Assembly (NCBI GenBank): GCA_041663145.1
Contig: JBAZRG010000002.1
Coordinates: 1-30,617 of the forward strand
Source of the DNA: Minisyncoccota bacterium
Lineage (GTDB): Bacteria; Patescibacteriota; Minisyncoccia; Phycocordibacterales; PALSA-1337
Direction of reading: 5' to 3'
Length of the DNA stretch: 30,617 nucleotides
The notes below the pieces were generated by a model that was given only the letters and a program-made list of their open reading frames with translations, ran no database searches and was not told where the DNA came from. The position numbers and the translations under genes were made by a program. Of this stretch, positions 24,409 to 30,617 are shown piece after piece. Each line of letters begins with the position of its first letter. Positions within the stretch are counted from its first letter, which is position 1.

Positions 24409-25404
24409 ATGAAAAATAATGGGGTTTCGTACAACCATATCATATCTCTTAAAAATATCCACGAAGCGTGGCGCGAATTTGTCTCGGGCAAAAAATACAA
24501 AAAAGATGTCGCTGAATTTCTGCTCAGACTTTCGGAGAATACATATAAACTCCACACTGATCTGAAAAATAAAATATATGTTCATGGACCGTACGAAGCG
24601 TTTGCTGTTAATGATCCAAAACCGCGCAGCATCCATAAAGCAAGCGTGCGGGACCGCTTACTCCACCACGCCCTCTATCGACAACTCTACCCGTACTTTG
24701 ATCAGAAGTTTATTCATGATTCCTATTCTTGCCGTGATTTTAAGGGAACACATCGGGCATTGGACCGTTTTATGCAATTTGCCCGCAAGGTTTCGAAGAG
24801 CAATAAACGCACCTGCTGGGTGTTGAAATGTGACATACGCAAATTCTTTGCTTCAGTTGACCATTCAGTCCTCATGGCAATACTTAAAAAGCATGTCTCT
24901 GATTCTGATATTATCCGCCTTGTTGGTGGGGTAGTGGAGAGTTTTAAAAGTACTGGTCCAGGAAAGGGATTGCCGCTCGGTAATCTCACGTCACAACTCC
25001 TTGTAAATGTTTATATGAATGAGTTTGACCAATATGTAAAGCATGTCCTCAAACAGGAGTTCTATATCCGTTACGCTGATGATTTTGTGATTATGCATCA
25101 CGATCGCAAGGCTTTGCTCGAGGTATTGCCGAAGATTGAAACCTTTCTTGAATCAATTCTTAAACTACAGCTTCATCCTGATAAGGTTTCTATCGAGACA
25201 GTTTCATCCGGTGTTGATTTTCTTGGTTGGGTGCATTTTCCGACTCATCGTGTACTTAGGACAAAGACAAAGAAGAGAATGTTTACAAGAATTGAAGATT
25301 CACAAGGAAAGGAAGAAGTAGTATGTTCATATCTCGGTATGTTAAAGCATGGGAATTGCAAAAAATTGAAGTGCAGGGTCATGAAATTGACAATCACAAT
25401 CTAA
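24409..25404 (+). CDS. DGR-type reverse transcriptase
   Basis: The ORF track gives 24340, but the homologous N-terminus begins MKNNGVSYNHIISLKNIHEAW at 24409. RT motifs are present: motif 4 GLPLGNLTSQLLVNVYMNEF (the SQ form typical of DGR RTs, versus SP in group II introns) and motif 5 YIRYADDFVI. Only 331 aa, with no maturase or endonuclease domains. Confidence 0.9.
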   Translation: MKNNGVSYNHIISLKNIHEAWREFVSGKKYKKDVAEFLLRLSENTYKLHTDLKNKIYVHGPYEAFAVNDPKPRSIHKASVRDRLLHHALYRQLYPYFDQKFIHDSYSCRDFKGTHRALDRFMQFARKVSKSNKRTCWVLKCDIRKFFASVDHSVLMAILKKHVSDSDIIRLVGGVVESFKSTGPGKGLPLGNLTSQLLVNVYMNEFDQYVKHVLKQEFYIRYADDFVIMHHDRKALLEVLPKIETFLESILKLQLHPDKVSIETVSSGVDFLGWVHFPTHRVLRTKTKKRMFTRIEDSQGKEEVVCSYLGMLKHGNCKKLKCRVMKLTITI

Positions 25405-25413
25405 TTTATCGTA

Positions 25414-25567
25414 GGAGCTTGGTGAATATTGTGTATTTGCTCCTCGCAATGCGATTTGAACCCCGAACAAATTGCCCATATTAGAGTAGCTCCGTCTACT
25501 CTAATATGGTTGCAATTTGGAGTGGGTGACCTTGCGAGGAGCAAATACACAATATTCACCAAGCTCC
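25414..25567. repeat. 154-nt palindromic element: 36-bp perfect inverted-repeat arms plus an inner 14-bp inverted repeat, immediately 3' of the RT
   Basis: GGAGCTTGGTGAATATTGTGTATTTGCTCCTCGCAA ... TTGCGAGGAGCAAATACACAATATTCACCAAGCTCC. The inner repeat is CCATATTAGAGTAG/CTACTCTAATATGG. Confidence 0.7.
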
Positions 25568-25620
25568 TGTAGACTCTATGCACAGTGACTCGCGCTTGAA
25601 TTAGCGATACAATTGACTCA

Positions 25621-27369
25621 ATGTTCGTCGAAGATGCCCAGCTCTATAAATTCATACTCGACTCCGGATTGGTGACAAAGGAGGAGCTTGAGGATGCAAA
25701 AAAAGAGAGTGAAAAAACTAATAAAAGACTTGGCGATATTTTGGTTAGTGCCGGCAAGATAAATGCCGACAATCTACGTCGCATGCAAGCATATGTTCTC
25801 GGTATTCCTTTTGTCGATCTGAAAAACAAAAAGATCCCTTTTGAAACTCTGTCACAAATACCGGAACCGATCGCGAGAGGGCACAATATCGTGGCTTTCA
25901 AAAAGACCGAGGTTTCTCTCGAGGTCGCCATGCTCGACGTCAACGATCTTTCGGCTATCGATTTTATAAAGAAAAAAGTAAATCTCAAGATATTACCTCG
26001 TCTCACAGATACTGATTCGATCAAGGAGGTTCTCGTTCAATACCAAAAAAGCTTGAAGGCCGAGTTCGGAGATATCATCCAAAAAGAAACCGCGACGATG
26101 AATATGATCTCGGAAGAAAGCGGTGAAGCTATATCCGAAGCTGATTTGAAAAAGATCGCCGAAGATCTGCCGGTAGTTCGCATTGTCGATACCTTGATTA
26201 AACATGCAATATTGCAAAATGCTTCAGATATCCATATAGAGCCGATGGAGGAACAGGTATTGGTGAGATATCGCATAGACGGCTTGTTGCACGATGCCAT
26301 GGTCCTTCCAAAACAGGCAGGTCCTTCGGTCACTGCCCGTATAAAGGTCTTGTCGAATTTGAAACTTGATGAAAAACGTTTGCCACAAGACGGTCGTTTC
26401 AAAGTAGATATAAATAATGAGAAAGTTTCTTTTCGTGTATCGATATTGCCGACTTATTACGGGGAAAAGACCGTTATGCGTCTGTTACGAGAGAGCATTT
26501 CTGGTTTTACTCTAGAATATCTGACATTTCACGGTGAGAGTCTCGAACGTATTCACAAAGCACTTACAAAATCCACAGGCATGATCCTCACAACCGGTCC
26601 TACTGGATCCGGAAAGACGACGACTCTATATACGATGCTCGACATATTGAACACTCCTGATGTAAATATTTCGACTATTGAAGATCCTATCGAATATCAG
26701 ATGGCTAGAATAAATCAGACTCAGGTCAAACCAGAGATCGGTTTCTCTTTTGCTCAAGGCATACGCACACTCGTTCGTCAGGATCCGGATATTATCATGG
26801 TTGGTGAGATCCGAGACAATGAAACAGCCGCTTTGGCGGTGAATGCCGCTTTGACTGGCCACTTGGTTTTGTCGACACTCCACACAAATTCCGCCGCCGG
26901 TGCTATACCACGACTTTTGGATATGAAAGTAGAATCATTTTTGCTCGTATCTATACTAGACATCGTGATCGGTCAGCGACTGGTGCGCAGACTGACTGAA
27001 GCCAAATCACAATACAAATTGACCAAGGATGAACTGGCTGAGCTAGGTCGTCTGGTGGATTTGGAACGAGTCCTTGAAACTTTGAAGGCTGAAAAAATAG
27101 TAAAACCTAGCGATTCGTGGGAGAAGATATCTTTTTGGAAACCTGTACCGGGTGGAGATGATGATGGGTTCAAGGGTCGCATCGGTATTCACGAAGTATT
27201 GAAGATGACTCCTTCCATGAAGGATCTCATAATGAAAGATGCTAGTTCGGACGGTCTAGAAGCACAAGCTAGAAAAGAGGGAATGTTGACCATGTTAGAA
27301 GATGGGATATTCAAATGCGTTCAAGGTTTGACGACTATTGAGGAAGTTCTTCGAGTTATTTCGGAATAA
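25621..27369 (+). CDS. pilB: Type IV pilus assembly / type II secretion ATPase (GspE/PilB family)
   Basis: 582 aa. N-terminal GSPII_E_N-like domain. Walker A TGPTGSGKTTTLY. Asp and His boxes. Confidence 0.9.
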   Translation: MFVEDAQLYKFILDSGLVTKEELEDAKKESEKTNKRLGDILVSAGKINADNLRRMQAYVLGIPFVDLKNKKIPFETLSQIPEPIARGHNIVAFKKTEVSLEVAMLDVNDLSAIDFIKKKVNLKILPRLTDTDSIKEVLVQYQKSLKAEFGDIIQKETATMNMISEESGEAISEADLKKIAEDLPVVRIVDTLIKHAILQNASDIHIEPMEEQVLVRYRIDGLLHDAMVLPKQAGPSVTARIKVLSNLKLDEKRLPQDGRFKVDINNEKVSFRVSILPTYYGEKTVMRLLRESISGFTLEYLTFHGESLERIHKALTKSTGMILTTGPTGSGKTTTLYTMLDILNTPDVNISTIEDPIEYQMARINQTQVKPEIGFSFAQGIRTLVRQDPDIIMVGEIRDNETAALAVNAALTGHLVLSTLHTNSAAGAIPRLLDMKVESFLLVSILDIVIGQRLVRRLTEAKSQYKLTKDELAELGRLVDLERVLETLKAEKIVKPSDSWEKISFWKPVPGGDDDGFKGRIGIHEVLKMTPSMKDLIMKDASSDGLEAQARKEGMLTMLEDGIFKCVQGLTTIEEVLRVISE

Positions 27370-27403
27370 TATTTTTCTTTTTAAATAATCATTACACAAC
27401 GTC

Positions 27404-28624
27404 ATGCCTCATTTCACTTTCAAAGCAAAAAGACCTTCGGGCGAGATTTATAGCTCGGAAAAAGACGTGAATGATCGATACGAACTGTATAAATTGCTTC
27501 GTGAGACCGGTGATGAAGTCGTTGAATTTAAAGAAAAGAAATCAAGAGGGGGTATAAATATGGAAATATCATTGGGACGTATTACGGACCATGTCAAAAC
27601 TATTGAAAAGATAAACTTTGCCCGCAATCTAGGCTCGATGTTGCAGGCCGGACTTTCGCTATCCCGTGCTTTGCAGGTCTTGGAGCGACAGACTCGAAAC
27701 AAAAAATTCAAAAAAATCTTGGCTCAATTGATCGACGAGATCGATAAAGGTACAACATTTTCTGACGCTTTAGCTAAACATCCACGAGTATTTCCTCAAT
27801 TATTCGTCTCTATGGTCAATTCGGGAGAACAATCTGGCACATTATCCGAATCACTCAGAGTTGTCGCAACTCAAATGGACAGCAGTTATTCACTAGAGAA
27901 GCGTGTCCGTGGTGCACTCATGTATCCGGCGGTCATTGTGACGGCTATGGTTGGCATTGCGATTTTGATGTTCATATTCGTAGTACCGACTTTGATGAAG
28001 ACATTTACGGATCTCAATGTTGAATTGCCGTTTGCGACACGTCTGGTGCTCGGTATATCAAATATAATTCAAAATCAAGGTTTTTTGGTTCTGATCATAA
28101 TACTTATTATCACATCCGGATTGTACTGGTGGACGCGAAAATCAACAGGTCAAAAAATATTGCACCGTATTTTGTTGAAGTTACCGGTGATAGGCGAACT
28201 TGTTCAAGAGGTTAATACTGCCAGAACCGCTCGCACCATGTCATCACTGCTAACTTCTGGTGTCGATGTTGTAGAATCGGTAACAATAACATCGGCTGTC
28301 GTCCAAAATGTTCATTTTCGAAGAGTATTGGTTGAAGTTGCTGAATCTATAAAGAAAGGTGAATCGATGTCCAAGGTTTTTTCGGAAAATATCAATCTTT
28401 ACCCCGTATTCTTCTCTGAAATGATAAATGTTGGAGAAGAGACTGGAAAAACAGGGGAGATGCTCTTGGGAGTGGCACATTATTACGAAGATGATGTATC
28501 CCAAAGAACCAAAGACATGTCTACCATCATTGAACCGATACTGATATTAATGATCGGAGCGGCTGTAGGAGTGTTCGCTCTGTCGATGATTCAGCCAATG
28601 TATTCATTGGTAAATGTTATCTGA
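27404..28624 (+). CDS. pilC: Type IV pilus inner-membrane platform protein (GspF/PilC family)
   Basis: 406 aa. Two GspF repeats with TM segments. Its end overlaps the start of the downstream gene. Confidence 0.9.
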   Translation: MPHFTFKAKRPSGEIYSSEKDVNDRYELYKLLRETGDEVVEFKEKKSRGGINMEISLGRITDHVKTIEKINFARNLGSMLQAGLSLSRALQVLERQTRNKKFKKILAQLIDEIDKGTTFSDALAKHPRVFPQLFVSMVNSGEQSGTLSESLRVVATQMDSSYSLEKRVRGALMYPAVIVTAMVGIAILMFIFVVPTLMKTFTDLNVELPFATRLVLGISNIIQNQGFLVLIIILIITSGLYWWTRKSTGQKILHRILLKLPVIGELVQEVNTARTARTMSSLLTSGVDVVESVTITSAVVQNVHFRRVLVEVAESIKKGESMSKVFSENINLYPVFFSEMINVGEETGKTGEMLLGVAHYYEDDVSQRTKDMSTIIEPILILMIGAAVGVFALSMIQPMYSLVNVI

Positions 28625-30402
28625 TGGAATCCAATACAATGCATCCAAAAAAATCCAACGGTTTTTCTCTGGTGGAAGTTCTGGTGGGAACAGCTATTTT
28701 CCTGATAGTTGCAATATCAGCATATGGGATCTTTGCCAATGTTTTTCGCTTGGCTAATGGCAATCAGGCCAGAATGTTGGCTATACAGTTGGCAGATGAA
28801 CAATTTGAGATCGTTAGAAACATGCCATATCTATCAGTTGGTTTGACCAACGGTATTCCGCTCGGAATTTTGCCACAAAATCAGACTCTAGTACGCGGTA
28901 ACGTGACATTTGATGTCGGCATGACTATTCGTAATGTCAATTTCTCCACGACAAGCTATCAGGCCAGTAGTAAATTGGTTGAAATCACCGTAACATGCTC
29001 AACATGTCAAAATTTCAATCCGGTTACTTTAACAGGGCAAATATCTCCAGCAAATCTTCAATCAGCTGGAGATGGGGGGGCGATAGTGGTTCAGGTTTTT
29101 GATGCCAATGGTCAGCCAGTCGTCGGTGCCGAGGTGGTTATTCAAAGTGTATCTACATCCACCATTACAAATACAGATGTTACGAATAATAACGGTATTC
29201 TAAATGTTATCGGAGTGCCACCTGGAAATAATGCTTATAGAATAACTGTAAGCAAAGCTGGTTATTCGACGGAGCGAACATATTCGATCGGAGGTGCAGG
29301 CAATCCAAACCCGATAAAACCGGATGCGACGGTGCTCAATCAACAGGTTACGCAAGTCAGTTTTGCAATAGATAAATTGAGCACATTACATTTTTCCAGT
29401 GTCGGACCATTATGCAACGTTATTCCAAACGTGGAGTTTAATCTGTCTGGCGCAAAGCAAATCGGTGCGGATATTCCCAAATATTCAGAAGCTTTGTCAA
29501 CTGATACAAATGGCACATTGACTTTGAATTCCATGGAATGGGATACATATACACTTTTACCGACTGAAGCATCATATGATATTTACGGTATCAATCCTAT
29601 TAGTCCATTTGCTCTAAATCCTGACAATATACAGGAAGTTCAATTGGTCGGTATTCCTTCCTCAGGTAATAGTCTCATGGTTACGGTCGTAGACAGTGCC
29701 CTTCAATTGCCTATATCTGGAGTCGAAGTAAATCTTTCAAAAACTGGATATGATGTTACAAAGATCACTGGTCAAGGTTATATGAATCAGACTGATTGGT
29801 CAGCTGGAAGTGGGCAGATCTTATTTACTGATCCGACCAAATATTATTCTGATAATGGTCTAGTCGATACGTCAACATCGACTGGAGATATATTGTTGGA
29901 TCAGGCTTTTGGTCTATATAATATAAATTCCACAGGCACACTAGAATCTTCCACTTTTGATACAGGTACGACAAGTAATTTTTATACATTTTCTTGGAAT
30001 CCTTCCAGTCAGCCATCTTTAGCTGGAGTGGAAAGCGTGAAATTCCAATTTGCTTCAAATGACACATCGACTTCTACTAGTTGGGACTATAAAGGTCCAG
30101 ATGGTACATCGAGCTCATTCTTTACCGTACCGGGTTCATCTATAAATAATAATCAGAACGGTAAACAATTCGTCAGATACAAAGCTTATTTATCGACTGA
30201 GGTGGCAACAGTGACGCCAATGGTCTCTGATGTATCGTTTGCATATACTTCTGGTTGTATACCACCTGGACAGGTATTATTCCAGAATCTTTCTGGTACA
30301 TATACTTTGACTGTCGAAAAAGCTGGATATATCACAGTGAGTGGCAGTATAGATATCGGTTCTGATTGGCAACAAAAAAAGGTTTTACTTGAATTACAAT
30401 GA
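28624..30402 (+). CDS. Large pilin-like protein with prepilin-type N-terminal cleavage/methylation domain
   Basis: 592 aa. N-terminus ...KSNGFSLVEVLVGTAIFLIVA (G|F-x-x-x-E class III signal). Very Ser/Thr/Asn-rich C-terminal region. Confidence 0.75.
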   Translation: MESNTMHPKKSNGFSLVEVLVGTAIFLIVAISAYGIFANVFRLANGNQARMLAIQLADEQFEIVRNMPYLSVGLTNGIPLGILPQNQTLVRGNVTFDVGMTIRNVNFSTTSYQASSKLVEITVTCSTCQNFNPVTLTGQISPANLQSAGDGGAIVVQVFDANGQPVVGAEVVIQSVSTSTITNTDVTNNNGILNVIGVPPGNNAYRITVSKAGYSTERTYSIGGAGNPNPIKPDATVLNQQVTQVSFAIDKLSTLHFSSVGPLCNVIPNVEFNLSGAKQIGADIPKYSEALSTDTNGTLTLNSMEWDTYTLLPTEASYDIYGINPISPFALNPDNIQEVQLVGIPSSGNSLMVTVVDSALQLPISGVEVNLSKTGYDVTKITGQGYMNQTDWSAGSGQILFTDPTKYYSDNGLVDTSTSTGDILLDQAFGLYNINSTGTLESSTFDTGTTSNFYTFSWNPSSQPSLAGVESVKFQFASNDTSTSTSWDYKGPDGTSSSFFTVPGSSINNNQNGKQFVRYKAYLSTEVATVTPMVSDVSFAYTSGCIPPGQVLFQNLSGTYTLTVEKAGYITVSGSIDIGSDWQQKKVLLELQ

Positions 30403-30617
30403 TGAATAAATCCATTTATAACAAAGGTATGACTCTAGTCGAAATATTGGTTGCCATAGCGATTTTTCTTGTTGTCCTTGGAGCTTTGATGTTATTTTTT
30501 AAGAATATTTTCTCATACAGGACAGTTATTTCTGGTTCTTATGAGACTACTCAGCAGGCCCAAGCTATCTTGAAAACAATGTTGACCGAGATAAGACAGA
30601 TGTCACCTGGAGCCAAT
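30399..30617 (+). CDS. Type IV pilin/pseudopilin-like protein, 3'-truncated by the window end
   Basis: MMNKSIYNKGMTLVEILVAIAIFLVV prepilin N-terminal motif. Its start overlaps the stop of the upstream gene. Confidence 0.6.
   Translation, partial: MMNKSIYNKGMTLVEILVAIAIFLVVLGALMLFFKNIFSYRTVISGSYETTQQAQAILKTMLTEIRQMSPGAN

Larger units (their letters stand above)
22654..25404 (+). other. Diversity-generating retroelement (DGR) locus: target gene with VR, TR, avd, RT
   Basis: See the component features below. VR and TR show adenine-specific mismatches. RT motif 4 is LGNLTSQ. Confidence 0.85.

Noticed and set aside
24409-25404. RT as a group II intron or retron RT
   Set aside because: No maturase (X) or endonuclease domains. 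Motif 4 has SQ rather than SP. An adjacent VR/TR pair with A-specific mismatches and an Avd-like gene are present. No group II intron domain V/VI RNA features seen. The palindrome at 25414 does not resemble domain V.
28624-30402. Large pilin-like protein as a second DGR target
   Set aside because: No segment similar to the TR (CGCTTCTCG...CCGAAACTG) occurs in it or elsewhere in the window.

Overview
The window is AT-rich, compact, gene-dense bacterial DNA. Its gene content (reduced core set, H+-pyrophosphatase, type IV pilus genes, small genes) is consistent with a small-genome Patescibacteria/CPR-like organism; this is inference, not a database result. Housekeeping genes present: a XerC/XerD-family recombinase, xth, cca, hup, rny, clpP, rsmE, tig, hppA and nusA. 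At the 3' end there is a pilB-pilC operon followed by pilin-like genes. Against this backbone I see several accessory or structured elements. (1) A complete diversity-generating retroelement (DGR) at about 22.65-25.4 kb. It has a target gene whose 3' variable repeat (VR) differs from a downstream 120-nt template repeat (TR) at 19 positions, every one of them a TR adenine. It also has a VR-terminal hairpin, a minus-strand Avd-like gene and a DGR-type reverse transcriptase (GNLTSQ motif). (2) A visibly GC-richer island at about 12.9-14.8 kb. It is driven by a consensus sigma70 promoter, sits divergent from a TrmB-family regulator, and ends at an ORF6N-domain gene. Inside it, a Cys-rich gene is flanked by two roughly 90-nt direct repeats that fold as type III hammerhead-ribozyme-like motifs. 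The upstream copy is near-canonical (CUGAUGA...GAAAC, GUA cleavage triplet); the downstream copy is degenerate. (3) A cluster of four tRNAs (Arg-TCG, Gly-GCC, Pro-TGG, Gly-TCC). Three of them are followed by a conserved long hairpin whose internal stems co-vary. (4) Three unrelated large perfect palindromes (33-bp, 24-bp and 36-bp arms), plus short exact repeats that link distant intergenic regions. (5) Two unusually long non-coding gaps. Coordinates of non-CDS features were read by eye and may be off by 1-2 nt; CDS coordinates follow the supplied ORF track.
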